53,655 nt of DNA from a virus (IMGVR_UViG_3300017971_000063:1-53655), one strand, 5' to 3'. Shown: positions 9,153 to 18,933, numbered from the stretch's first letter. The notes: a model not told the origin generated them from the letters alone. Numbers and translations are program-made.

Positions 9153-11621
9153 ATGGCCGCGAATAAAGAACAGATCATTCTCGAATTTATCAGCGACGCA
9201 AAAGGCGCCGTTAAAGACGTCCGCGTCCTCAACAAATCCATGAAGGACTTCGACGATCAGGCGAAGAAGGGAACGAAGTCCTCGACCGGTCTATTTCAAT
9301 CGCTGAAAAAAATCAGGGCCGGATGGCTCGCGGGAGCGGCGGCGCTAACCGGATTGATCGCGGGAATGACGAAGGCCGTTCGCCTCGCGGGAGCGCAAGA
9401 ACTCGCCGAGAAGAAACTCGCCGCCGCCTTGAAGAACGTCAAGACCGCGACCGAGGGCGGCGCTCAATCTTTGATAAAGCTCGCGGCGGCTCTCCAAAAA
9501 ACGACGAGCTACGCGGACGACAATATCATCAACGCGCAAGCGATGCTTGCGACGTTCCAACTTAACGAGAAGCAAATCGCCGAACTCACTCCCCGGCTCC
9601 TCGACATGGCCGCGTCCGTCTCGCAGTTGACCGGCGCACAAGCGGACCTTCAATCAATCGCGATCGCGCTCGGGAAAGGGATCACCGGACAGACCGGAGT
9701 TCTCGCTCGATACGGCGTCGTATTGGCCGAGGATACGAAGGAGACGAAGGACTTCAACCTCATTCTTCGCGACCTCGACAACAACTTCAAGGGGATCGCC
9801 GAGGAGAGCGCTCAATCAATACTCGGAACGCTTCGGACGCTCGGGAACGTCGTCGGAGACACGCTCGAAAAGACCGGAAAGTTCGCGTTCGAGGGACTTC
9901 GTCCTCTCGCCGAAGGCGCGATCGCGCTATTGACTCCGACGGAGGAATTGATCGACAAGTCCGTCCGGCTCGGTGCGACGCAACTCAACGCGGCGGACAA
10001 TACGTTCAAGCTCATTGATCGGTACGAGGAACTCGCCACGAATACGAATCGAACGGCGGCGGAGAACGCGGAGTTCGTGAAAGTATCGAAGGCGCTCGCG
10101 ATGGCAGTTCCGGAAGCGGCGGAAAGCGTCGACGAGCTAACCGGCGCCTATAAGATCAACACGACCGAGGCACGAAAAGCGGCGAGCGCGAACAGGGATT
10201 TTGCCGAGGCGACTCTCGAAATCGAAGCGGGAAAACTCACGAGCGAGATCGACGGATTGACGAGAGCGATCGCGAAGAACAAGGATCGACAAGCGGCATT
10301 GACGAATCAAGTCCGGGCGCTCAACGATATATCGCAACGCTTGAAGGACGGAACGGTCTCGGCGTCAACGGCTTTTATCGAGATGAACGTCGCCGTCGGA
10401 AGAATGACGGGAGAGTTCGCAGGAGCGGCATTCGAGGGTTCGACTCTTCAAAAACAGTTGAAACGGCTCGCGGGAGAGAAGGCGAATCTTCAGGGCCGCG
10501 CGACCGCGCTCGCGACCGAAGAGGAGAAACTTAACGCGAAGATCGAGACCTTGATCGGAACCTACGATCGACTCGTTGAGGCCGGAATCGAGGTCGAGGA
10601 TTCAACGCGACGAATGATCGAACTCAAAAAAGAACAGGCGGAAGAGGCGGCGATCTACGCGGAATGGTTGAGGATTCAATCGGGCGAAGAGGTCGCGATC
10701 GACGAAGCGGCGGCGGCTCGGCAGGAAGAGAAGCTTCTCAAAATGTCGGAATACTATGCTTATATCGGACAAGAGGAGTTCGCCGCGCTTCAAACGTCGA
10801 TCGAGAATCAAGAAGAGTTGCTCGCCTCGACGAATCTCACCGAGGAACAACGGCTCGAAATCATGCGAGCCGGGGAACTCGAACGCGAGACGATCGAGGA
10901 AGCGTTCGCGACGAAACAACGAGAGCTTGCGACCGCGTCGTTCGATATGTTCAACAAGACCTTCGACGAACTCACGAAGTCCGAACGGAAATCGGTCCTC
11001 GAACGGATCAGCGCCGAAGAGGAATGGGCGAAGGCCGTCGACGGATTCGTCAAGCAGTTCGGAAGTGAGTTCGGAAAAACAATCGGCGCGACGATCGGCG
11101 CCTTGATTTCCGGAACCGAGGAAGCGAAGAAGTCGTTCAAAGAGATGGTTGACGACATGGTCAAGCAAATGACGAAGAAGGCGTTCGTCGAAGGTCTCTC
11201 AATGATCGCGAACGTTCTTCTCCCCGGGTCGGGTTCGTTCTTCGGAGGGATCGCGCAAGGATTGACGGGCGGGTTCGCCGAGGGCGGCTACACCGGAGAC
11301 AAGGGAAGGAACGAAGTCGCGGGAGTCGTTCACGGCGGAGAATACGTCATGAAGGCCGACGTCGTCAATGCTCAATCGAAGAAGTTCTTCGACATGATCA
11401 ACTACGGAAAATTACTTCCGAGTCGCGGTCGGGCCGGTTATCAAGACGGCGGTCTCGTCGCTCCGTCGGTTGGCGGCGGATCGGTCGGCGTGACGGTCAA
11501 TGTCTCGGGTCTCGACAAGGCACAATGGGACGAGTTGACGCGCGATCAGATTGTCCCGGCGCTTGAAAGGACGTTGAACGATCTCAACCGCTCGATCTTC
11601 ACGGCGGAGGACATAGCATGA
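9153..11621 (+). CDS. Tail tape measure protein
   Basis: 822 aa, Ala-rich and helical; C-terminal FAEGGYTG..AGVVHGGEYV motif. Confidence 0.92.
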   Translation: MAANKEQIILEFISDAKGAVKDVRVLNKSMKDFDDQAKKGTKSSTGLFQSLKKIRAGWLAGAAALTGLIAGMTKAVRLAGAQELAEKKLAAALKNVKTATEGGAQSLIKLAAALQKTTSYADDNIINAQAMLATFQLNEKQIAELTPRLLDMAASVSQLTGAQADLQSIAIALGKGITGQTGVLARYGVVLAEDTKETKDFNLILRDLDNNFKGIAEESAQSILGTLRTLGNVVGDTLEKTGKFAFEGLRPLAEGAIALLTPTEELIDKSVRLGATQLNAADNTFKLIDRYEELATNTNRTAAENAEFVKVSKALAMAVPEAAESVDELTGAYKINTTEARKAASANRDFAEATLEIEAGKLTSEIDGLTRAIAKNKDRQAALTNQVRALNDISQRLKDGTVSASTAFIEMNVAVGRMTGEFAGAAFEGSTLQKQLKRLAGEKANLQGRATALATEEEKLNAKIETLIGTYDRLVEAGIEVEDSTRRMIELKKEQAEEAAIYAEWLRIQSGEEVAIDEAAAARQEEKLLKMSEYYAYIGQEEFAALQTSIENQEELLASTNLTEEQRLEIMRAGELERETIEEAFATKQRELATASFDMFNKTFDELTKSERKSVLERISAEEEWAKAVDGFVKQFGSEFGKTIGATIGALISGTEEAKKSFKEMVDDMVKQMTKKAFVEGLSMIANVLLPGSGSFFGGIAQGLTGGFAEGGYTGDKGRNEVAGVVHGGEYVMKADVVNAQSKKFFDMINYGKLLPSRGRAGYQDGGLVAPSVGGGSVGVTVNVSGLDKAQWDELTRDQIVPALERTLNDLNRSIFTAEDIA

Positions 11622-14296
11622 TTGCCCCGAAAATGCGCCTCGATTACGATCCGGTCGACGGTCGAACGGAATCGGACTCGAATCACATCGGGAACGGGAC
11701 GGGTTACGCTCACGGCTACACGGTGAACGACACGAACGCGCGTTTCTGGTCGAAGAGCGGGAGCGATACGAACGCCGGTACACAAGCCGCACCTTTCCGG
11801 ACCTACTACAAGGCCGTCGTGACGATCAACGCGAGCGCAACTCTTCACTACGCCGTTTGTCTCGACTCCGGAATATATGACGAAGATTTCATCGAACCCT
11901 ATAACGCGAGCTATCAAAAGTATGCGCTCGCGGCGGACGGTCAATCTCCGACGCTCACAAGGTCGATCGGCGCGCGGACGTCGTTCGTCCCTACCGGAAA
12001 ATATCTCGTGTCGGGAACGGAATATTTCGTCGACGGCGTGAACGGAAACGATTCATGGGACGGAACGGCGGAGGTTTACGGAGGAGGAACGACCGGACCG
12101 AAGAAAACGATTCAAGCCGGAGTCAATCTCCTCACGGTCGCCGGTGACGGACTTCAAATCGCCGAAGGCGAATACGACGAGAACGTCACGCTCTACAACG
12201 ACGCGCTCGTTCGGTATTACTACGCGAAGGAAGGCGAGATTCCGATCCTCACGAACACCGGCGCCGGGGGAGAAGTAATTCAAACGGCGGCGAACGTTCA
12301 AGCGAGGATCGAAGGACTTTATATCAACGGAACGCATACGGTATCGAACAATAACGGAATCGTTTTCAACGGAGGCGTGACGGGCGGAGCTTCAAATATA
12401 ATATGGGATTGCACGTTTATAAATTGCGCGATCGGGATCGCCGACTACGCGAACAACGGAAACACTCGATTCGATCGGAACTACTTCAAGGATTGCGGAA
12501 CTGGAATCGCTTTCACTCAAACCGGAGCGGTTGCGAATACGATATATATTCGGAAGAATCGTTTTATCGACATGGTCGTATGGTCGATCGACGCGGTTCT
12601 CTCCCCGGCGTCGCGGACTTGCTCGATCGAAATAACGGACAACGTGAGTCAAGGTCTAAATGGTTATCGATTCTGGCTCGACGGAACGACACCGACTCCG
12701 CCGGATTGGACGATTCACCGAAACACGTCCTATGCCTACAACGGAACGAATGATCAATGTTATTATTTTCAGATCGTCGGGAGCTATTCGATTTCGGTTC
12801 GGAACAATCTCGCGAAGAATGACGAGAGCGGCGGTTCGGCATATTGTTTTTATTCGAACGCCGCGTCGATTCCGCTCGTGAATTGTCTCTCGGATCAGTC
12901 GATGGACAACAATGTCACCTATTCGAATTGCGTCGACTCAACCGACCCGGGATTCGTCCGAACATACGGAGAAGAGGTCGACTATCTCCTCGGGATCAGG
13001 CCGGACGGCGACGCTTTCTCGCAAGCCGACGACGGATACAGAGATATAGGCGCCGAGTTGAACTTGATCGACATTGCTCACACTTGCGAGATTGACGGTT
13101 TCACAATGGACGGACAGGATCAATATTTTTGCGCTCTCCGTCAAGTCTCGGGAGTGATCGGCGGTCCGTTCTTCAAATATAACGAGATCGAGAACTTCGC
13201 TTCTCACGCGATGGTCGTCAAGGGCGGATCAACTTTCAATTACCGATATAACTTCCTGCGCCGAAACGGAAACGGAATTTATTTCACCGGAACGGTCGAG
13301 CGGAATCGAAACAATATTTTCCATGACAACGTTCACTACGGACGATACAAGGACACGCTCAACGCGACGACCTACGATCAGAAGTGTATTTACTTCCGGA
13401 ACCGTATCGGAATATATTTCTCGAACAACGTCCTCGGCGCGACGGTTCTCGATTCGATCACGCAGGGAAACCGCGAATACGGAATTTATTCGGCGGGAGG
13501 GATAACGAGGATCGCGGACAACTGTTTGCTCGCCGACCCTTACTTCGACATGGACGTCTCGGACGCCGGGAATATATTCACGTCTCCGCTTTTCGTCAAT
13601 ATCGAGGAATACTCCGAGGACTTCCATATTCGCACGAACTACGGCGGCTATCCTTTCAATTCGCCTTGCAAGGACGCCGCGAGCGGCGGAGACGACATCG
13701 GCGCGTGGCAAGTCTCGCGGTCCGGGTCGATCAGTTATTCGAGTTTCACGTTCCTCGCGAATCCGTTCCGGATGGTCGAGCGTTGGGAGAAGGTCCGTCC
13801 GGTCGAAAGCACGGCTCAAAGTGGAAAGGTCCGGACCTCGGTCCCGGCGTCGAACAAGGTTTTCGAACTTGTATGGACCGACGATTATTATTCGCCGGAT
13901 GCTCAATCGGAACTATTCGATCGACTCGCGAGCGAGGACAACGACATGCGATTCTGGCCGCGCGGCGCGAGCGGAATCGTTTCCGGAACCGGAACGGTCA
14001 ACGGGACGAATAAGACTCTCACCGACGCAACGTTGAGCGGGAATATCCGAAAGGACCGCTTCAAGACGTATCAGGTTTTAATCAATTCGGTCTACTACCG
14101 AATATCGGCGAACACGACGACCGGCGTTTTCACTTTGGAGGACCCGGACGGTTCACTCCCGACCGGATCGTATGCCTATTCGATCGATCACGTCCTCGTT
14201 CGCGTTCGAGCAGGGAATAGATTCCGCGCCGCCGCGCCGTATCTCCGGGACAACATTCCCCGGACCGGTTACAACTTGGAGTTGATCGAGGTCTAA
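11618..14296 (+). CDS. Large tail-tip protein with beta-helix domains and possible C-terminal distal-tail domain
   Basis: Follows tape measure; YFVDGVNGNDSWDGT..PKKTIQAG motif and Asn-rich beta-helix coils. Confidence 0.65.
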   Translation: MIAPKMRLDYDPVDGRTESDSNHIGNGTGYAHGYTVNDTNARFWSKSGSDTNAGTQAAPFRTYYKAVVTINASATLHYAVCLDSGIYDEDFIEPYNASYQKYALAADGQSPTLTRSIGARTSFVPTGKYLVSGTEYFVDGVNGNDSWDGTAEVYGGGTTGPKKTIQAGVNLLTVAGDGLQIAEGEYDENVTLYNDALVRYYYAKEGEIPILTNTGAGGEVIQTAANVQARIEGLYINGTHTVSNNNGIVFNGGVTGGASNIIWDCTFINCAIGIADYANNGNTRFDRNYFKDCGTGIAFTQTGAVANTIYIRKNRFIDMVVWSIDAVLSPASRTCSIEITDNVSQGLNGYRFWLDGTTPTPPDWTIHRNTSYAYNGTNDQCYYFQIVGSYSISVRNNLAKNDESGGSAYCFYSNAASIPLVNCLSDQSMDNNVTYSNCVDSTDPGFVRTYGEEVDYLLGIRPDGDAFSQADDGYRDIGAELNLIDIAHTCEIDGFTMDGQDQYFCALRQVSGVIGGPFFKYNEIENFASHAMVVKGGSTFNYRYNFLRRNGNGIYFTGTVERNRNNIFHDNVHYGRYKDTLNATTYDQKCIYFRNRIGIYFSNNVLGATVLDSITQGNREYGIYSAGGITRIADNCLLADPYFDMDVSDAGNIFTSPLFVNIEEYSEDFHIRTNYGGYPFNSPCKDAASGGDDIGAWQVSRSGSISYSSFTFLANPFRMVERWEKVRPVESTAQSGKVRTSVPASNKVFELVWTDDYYSPDAQSELFDRLASEDNDMRFWPRGASGIVSGTGTVNGTNKTLTDATLSGNIRKDRFKTYQVLINSVYYRISANTTTGVFTLEDPDGSLPTGSYAYSIDHVLVRVRAGNRFRAAAPYLRDNIPRTGYNLELIEV

Positions 14297-14298
14297 CC

Positions 14299-15348
14299 GT
14301 GACGGTTCAAATCCTACTCGGCGGGTTCGATATAACGGACTACTTGAAAAGTGGGTTCACCTATAAAGAATATCGCTCTCTCGATCGCGATCAATTCATC
14401 ATCAACGATCTCAATCTCCGACTCGAAAATCTCGACGGTCTCTTCTCTCCGGGAAACGGAAATTACTTATTCGAGGGCGGGAATATCCGGGGGAAGTCGC
14501 TCGAAGTTCTCGCCGACGGTGTCTCATTTTGGAAAGGCGTCGCGGAAAAGTTCGACGAAGCCGAGGACTCTCAAATCTCGACCTTGAAGGCGAAGAACTC
14601 CCTCGCGCTTCTCCGGAATACTCCGATCAATCGAACGGAGACCGGCGTCAATCCGGCGACGCTCGCGCTCGATATTCTACGGACGGAAGTCGGACTCGAC
14701 GATTCGGAGATCGACATTCCTTCCTTCGAACGATCGGCGACGGTCCTATCACAAGGCGGACTACTCGTCAACGCGACGTGGACGACGGACAAGAGAAAAA
14801 CGGTATCGAAGGCGCTCGAAGAACTTGCTCGTGTTTCCTGCGCGGACTTCTTCACGACACGCGGGAAACTCGCGTTCCTCGTCTACGAAGAGGGACTCGG
14901 CGCCTATTCGGTATTGATCGACAACACGGTCGGCGAAGGATTCAAGAGGACAGGTCAAGAGACTCGGTATATCAAGAACGACTACGTCCTCGACTATTCA
15001 GGGTCGACCGGAGAGACGGACTCCGACAATAACAACTCCGGGGAGGAGAGCCGGATCAACTTCGGGACCGATTCAATCTCCTTGAAATACGGTTCGAGCG
15101 ATCTCCTCACGATCACGACGCAAGCCGGAGGCGTTTTCCTCGGCGATCAATATATCGCGAGACAAGCTTTCCCGAAGGATTGGATTTATTTCTCCCTTCC
15201 GATGTCGGTCGAGCCGAATCTCTCACTCAAAACGCCGATCGGCGTCACGTTTCCGAAGTACGGATATTCCGGGAAGGCGTTCGACGTCATGTCAATTCAA
15301 TATGATTTCGGTCGTCAATATTACACGGTAGGAGCGATCGAGCAATGA
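14299..15348 (+). CDS. Putative baseplate hub/tail tip protein
   Basis: 349 aa; L.LENLDGLFSP and NPATLALDIL..ID..SF patterns; last gene of the tail module. Confidence 0.6.
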   Translation: MTVQILLGGFDITDYLKSGFTYKEYRSLDRDQFIINDLNLRLENLDGLFSPGNGNYLFEGGNIRGKSLEVLADGVSFWKGVAEKFDEAEDSQISTLKAKNSLALLRNTPINRTETGVNPATLALDILRTEVGLDDSEIDIPSFERSATVLSQGGLLVNATWTTDKRKTVSKALEELARVSCADFFTTRGKLAFLVYEEGLGAYSVLIDNTVGEGFKRTGQETRYIKNDYVLDYSGSTGETDSDNNNSGEESRINFGTDSISLKYGSSDLLTITTQAGGVFLGDQYIARQAFPKDWIYFSLPMSVEPNLSLKTPIGVTFPKYGYSGKAFDVMSIQYDFGRQYYTVGAIEQ

Positions 15349-15710
15349 GCGATCAAGTCGAACAACTCCGAGATCACTTCAACGAGACCTTCTCCGACTT
15401 CCGGAAGGAACAACGGGAACGAGATGGGAAGATTTTCGACAAGATCGACGCGCTCGTCGAACACGATCACGAGCAAGACCTCGCGATTCAAAGGAACGAG
15501 AACAAGATCGAGAACGTTGACAAGAAGGCGGATGAAATCGCCGGGGACCTCGACGACACTCGGAAGTATTGGAGCCGGAAGTTTCACTTCCGATGGTCGA
15601 CGCTCTACAAGGTTCTCGGATGGGTATTCGGGCCGAGTGGGTTGATCGCGCTCGCGTGGTTTATTTGGAGGACGCTCTCGGCGGAAGGACCGTCGAACGG
15701 AATCGGATGA
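15345..15710 (+). CDS. Coiled-coil membrane protein (holin/antiholin candidate)
   Basis: N-terminal coiled coil and C-terminal hydrophobic helix; first gene of the lysis cassette. Confidence 0.5.
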   Translation: MSDQVEQLRDHFNETFSDFRKEQRERDGKIFDKIDALVEHDHEQDLAIQRNENKIENVDKKADEIAGDLDDTRKYWSRKFHFRWSTLYKVLGWVFGPSGLIALAWFIWRTLSAEGPSNGIG

Positions 15711-16462
15711 ACGATAAATTCGACAACTTGATCGAGAAGTTCTCGAAAGCGTATTCGGTGAACCCGACTCTCGTCAAGGCCGTTATCTGGCAGGAGTCGA
15801 ACGGCGATCCGGACGCGGTCTCCTATTGTGACGCTCGCGGTCTCATGCAAATCATGCCGACGACCGGCGAGGGTCTCGGAGTGAAGAAGGCCGACGATCT
15901 CTTCAAGCCCGAAGTGAATATCGAAGCCGGGACTCGCTATCTCGCGCAACTCTTCGATCGCTTCCCGGAGATTCCCGGGATTGCCGAACGTTGGAAGTTC
16001 GCGCTCGCTTCCTACAACGGAGGTCGGGGTCACATAAACAAGGCGCTCCGCGCGGCGCGTGAAGCGAAGGTCCGCTTTTGGTATAAGTGGGAGAACGCGA
16101 AGAAGTTCCTCGTCAAATGTGACGTCAATCAAATCGTTCACTACGTCGACGGCGTCACAACGAAAATGCTCGAATACTTCTTGAAGCCGAAACCTCCGAA
16201 AGTCGGCGGACTCTTCTCGGTGATCCGGGGATTCGCCGGGATCGGCGCGTTGATCCTCGCGGTCGTGTTGAGTTGCGCTCAAAAACCGATGCTTCGAACC
16301 GATCAGGTCGAGCTTGTCCCGCCCGGGTCGGAACTTTGGATTCACCGAGATATAACGGGCGACCCGATCGTCGTCAACTCGGATGATTGGATCGCGGTCT
16401 CGTTCATTGAGAACGAGGAACGAAAACACCTTGTTTTAAAGGAGTCGGAAGATGTGGAATGA
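15707..16462 (+). CDS. Endolysin, SLT lytic transglycosylase with C-terminal hydrophobic/lipobox-like extension
   Basis: AVIWQESNG..ARGLMQIMPTT..NIEAGTRYL..ALASYNGG; ATG 15707 overlaps the previous stop. Confidence 0.9.
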   Translation: MNDKFDNLIEKFSKAYSVNPTLVKAVIWQESNGDPDAVSYCDARGLMQIMPTTGEGLGVKKADDLFKPEVNIEAGTRYLAQLFDRFPEIPGIAERWKFALASYNGGRGHINKALRAAREAKVRFWYKWENAKKFLVKCDVNQIVHYVDGVTTKMLEYFLKPKPPKVGGLFSVIRGFAGIGALILAVVLSCAQKPMLRTDQVELVPPGSELWIHRDITGDPIVVNSDDWIAVSFIENEERKHLVLKESEDVE

Positions 16463-16646
16463 AATCAAACGGAAACTCTCTTCCCGGAAATTCTGGTTCG
16501 CGGCGGTCGCGGAACTCTGTATCCTCGGCGCGGCGATCTCCGGGAAAATCACATGGGACGCCGCCGCGCAACTTTCGGTGATCGACGCAGGAGTCTACGG
16601 CGTGATCGAAGGCATCGTTGACGCGATCAGGAAAAAAGAGAAGTAA
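16452..16646 (+). CDS. Holin
   Basis: 64 aa, LSSRKFW start, two hydrophobic helices, basic C-terminus. Confidence 0.7.
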   Translation: MWNEIKRKLSSRKFWFAAVAELCILGAAISGKITWDAAAQLSVIDAGVYGVIEGIVDAIRKKEK

Positions 16647-17394
16647 AAAGTTCGTTCTCTTCGTCCTTGCATTCCTTCTCTCAATTCGATCTTGCGGTCC
16701 CCGGAATCAAGAGCCGGGGATCGGGGATCGGTTCGCTCAATTACTCCGCGAGGTCCCTTCGAATATCGAGAAGAATGTTCGGGAGAAGTGGATCGTCGAG
16801 GGCGGCGAGGCGTTCGAGAAATATTCCCGGGACTTCAAGATCGACCCGGATTTTTTGGAACGGATGATCCGGGAAGAATCGCGCTTGAAGGTCTACGCTT
16901 GCAATACGAACACGATGGCGCGAGGTCTCATGCAACTAACGTATATTGCGCTCGTCGAGTTTTGTCTCCACAATCCGGGATATTGGAAAATCCTTTTTTA
17001 CTACGATTACAAGGGCGAACTCATGCGAGACGAGAACGGTCGACTCCTCGTCAACAAGTATTCGGTTTACTGCCCGAAGATCAATATCCTCGTCGGAGGA
17101 TGGCTCTTCCGTCACCTTCGGAAGAAATACAAGGGAGACGAGGGCGACGCGCTCGTCGCATATTGCGCGGGAGAAGGAAACCTGAACTCGGTTCGATTCG
17201 CCGAATCACGTTATCGCGATCGGATTATACCACCGAAGAAGATGATCGAGGTCGACGCGATGGTGAAAGCGATCATCGCCGCGTTCGCGCTTTTCTTCCT
17301 GCTTTCAGTCGTCAACCTTTATCTCGCTTGGAGGATCAATGGACGTCGGAATATTGTCGGACCTACACGAGACGGACGGATCGCGAACGGATAA
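16618..17394 (+). CDS. Second SLT-family lytic transglycosylase with N- and C-terminal hydrophobic segments
   Basis: IREESR..ARGLMQL..NILVGGWLF..ALVAYCAG. Confidence 0.75.
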   Translation: MTRSGKKRSKKFVLFVLAFLLSIRSCGPRNQEPGIGDRFAQLLREVPSNIEKNVREKWIVEGGEAFEKYSRDFKIDPDFLERMIREESRLKVYACNTNTMARGLMQLTYIALVEFCLHNPGYWKILFYYDYKGELMRDENGRLLVNKYSVYCPKINILVGGWLFRHLRKKYKGDEGDALVAYCAGEGNLNSVRFAESRYRDRIIPPKKMIEVDAMVKAIIAAFALFFLLSVVNLYLAWRINGRRNIVGPTRDGRIANG

Positions 17395-18067
17395 TTTCAA
17401 GAACGTCGAGAAGCTATTCGTCGAGACCGGAGAAGAACTCGTCGCGAAGTGCGATCTCGTCGTATTGGACGGAGACCTTCGATGTCCTCGACAATCAGAG
17501 GGCCGGAACTTCCGGGAGAAGTTCGCCGCGATCAGGAAAGCTCACAAGAGAACGGAGAACTTCTTCGAACGGCGCCGCGCTCGGCTTCGGATGTTGAAAG
17601 GGAATCACGATAATATGTTCCCGATGCCGAGGCGGTTCGAGGTCGTCTATCCGAATTGCGCGCTCGTCGTGACTCACGGTCACGAGTTCGACAAGTGGAA
17701 CTCGAAATATAAGTTCGTCGGAGAGGCGGCGACGGTCCTCGCGGGATTGATCGAGCGCGTCGGATGGCCGAACGCCGAGACCGTTCTCGGATCATTCGCC
17801 GAACGGATCGTCGGATCAGATTCCCGGGCCGAACGATCGATCTATTCGGAGGGAATGAAACGCGACGTCCTTCGATTTCGATCGAGGACGGCTTTCGAAG
17901 ATCACGTCATTCGAGTGATCGGTCACACTCACGACCTCGGCGTCCGGGAGGAGCCGACGATCGACGCGACGCTCGTTCAATCCGGTCGTTGCTGTCACGG
18001 TCGAGTTGACTTCGTGATCGTCAACCTCGACGCGCGGTCGGTCCGGACCGAGTCCCGGAGACCGTGA
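17339..18067 (+). CDS. Calcineurin-like metallophosphoesterase
   Basis: SDLH, DGD, GNHD, HGH and GHTH motifs. Confidence 0.88.
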   Translation: MDVGILSDLHETDGSRTDNFKNVEKLFVETGEELVAKCDLVVLDGDLRCPRQSEGRNFREKFAAIRKAHKRTENFFERRRARLRMLKGNHDNMFPMPRRFEVVYPNCALVVTHGHEFDKWNSKYKFVGEAATVLAGLIERVGWPNAETVLGSFAERIVGSDSRAERSIYSEGMKRDVLRFRSRTAFEDHVIRVIGHTHDLGVREEPTIDATLVQSGRCCHGRVDFVIVNLDARSVRTESRRP

Positions 18068-18240
18068 TCCGGGCCGTTTTCAAAACTCGCTAATAGCGGC
18101 CCGGAGAGAGGGTCCGATCAGATAAATGGTACAAGGACACCGGAAGGCGTGAAAGTCCTCTCCTACGCACCGTGACGCTTCAAATTCGGGCATCCTACGA
18201 CACCTTTTCCGCCAATAACCCCTTTCTTCTATATATAACG

Positions 18241-18327
18241 TGACACGCTGTCAAACCCCTATTTTCGACCCCTGCCAGAATGTCATTTTTTTTCTATTTC
18301 GGGGAAAAAGTGCTTGACAAATTGGCA
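18241..18327. promoter_or_regulatory. Three 13-bp palindromic operator-like sites TG(A/C)CA-N3-TG(T/G)CA
   Basis: TGACACGCTGTCA 18241, TGCCAGAATGTCA 18273, TGACAAATTGGCA 18315. Confidence 0.6.
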
Positions 18328-18342
18328 TCCCCGGACTATGAT
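18314..18342 (+). promoter_or_regulatory. Sigma70-type early promoter
   Basis: TTGACA-17 nt-TATGAT with an upstream A tract. Confidence 0.8.
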
Positions 18343-18391
18343 GTAATTGTCAATTGAGAGTGAGTTCGAATCAACCTCTTGATTGTACACC

Positions 18392-18404
18392 GATCTTTGA
18401 CAAC
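18392..18404 (+). promoter_or_regulatory. boxA-like antitermination element
   Basis: GATCTTTGACAAC in the early leader resembles rrn boxA. Confidence 0.5.
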
Positions 18405-18586
18405 GGGAAGTTCGAAGGACAAAAGGTTTCAGGGCAGGGGCGGGGGACGCGGAAAGTGGTCCCCGGGAAAGCACCGCAAGTCGGCCACCTTGAAACACTC
18501 GGGCAACAAGACCGTCGGAACTATCTCAACCCGGAACCCGACAACGAAATCTCCGGGGGCGACACGACGGCAACCTCTCCCCTTTT
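18405..18586 (+). ncRNA. Structured untranslated leader RNA (unidentified)
   Basis: Nested helices GTTTCAGGG/CCTTGAAAC, GGGGAC/GTCCCC and AGTTC/GAACT; no credible ORF. Confidence 0.45.
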
Positions 18587-18588
18587 AA

Positions 18589-18668
18589 TCAGGTATCAAG
18601 GCGGAGTCGAAGCGAGAGTTTCGGCTCCGAGTTGATCCTTGACGGATCACAACAAACGAAGGGGAGGT
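18589..18668 (+). repeat. Structured intergenic element copy 1
   Basis: TCAGGTATCAA / inner stem / TTGATCCTTGA / GGATC / AAGGGGAGG. Confidence 0.85.
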
Positions 18669-18673
18669 CGAAC

Positions 18674-18856
18674 ATGGACGACAAGAAATTCGCAGTTTAT
18701 CAGGGGATCAGGGATACGGTTATTTCCGCGATGTATCGCGCGGACTACAACCGGAAGGACATCGAGGACGCGCTTCGGATGTTACGTGAGGACATCAACG
18801 AAGAGTTCGACGATCCGAAACCGGAACCGAAGAAATTCTCTCCTCACAACAAGTAG
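18674..18856 (+). CDS. Early hypothetical protein (60 aa)
   Basis: SD AAGGGGAGG; stop abuts copy 2. Confidence 0.75.
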   Translation: MDDKKFAVYQGIRDTVISAMYRADYNRKDIEDALRMLREDINEEFDDPKPEPKKFSPHNK

Positions 18857-18933
18857 TCGAGGTTTCAACAAAGGGTCGGAGCGATCCGGCCCTTGATTGA
18901 ACCCTTGAAGGGTTCTCAACAACGAAGGGGAGG
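18857..18933 (+). repeat. Structured intergenic element copy 2
   Basis: TCGAGGTTTCAA-CA-AAGGGTCGGA-GCGA-TCCGGCCCTT-GA-TTGAACCCTTGA-AGGGTTC..SD. Confidence 0.92.

Noticed and set aside
3663-15348. Diversity-generating retroelement targeting tail genes
   Set aside because: No reverse transcriptase and no template/variable repeat pair differing at adenines was seen.
18436-18475. c-di-GMP-I riboswitch in the early leader (GGGCA..GGGACGC..AAAG)
   Set aside because: The spacing and GNRA-capped P2 helix do not fit; only fragmentary similarity.
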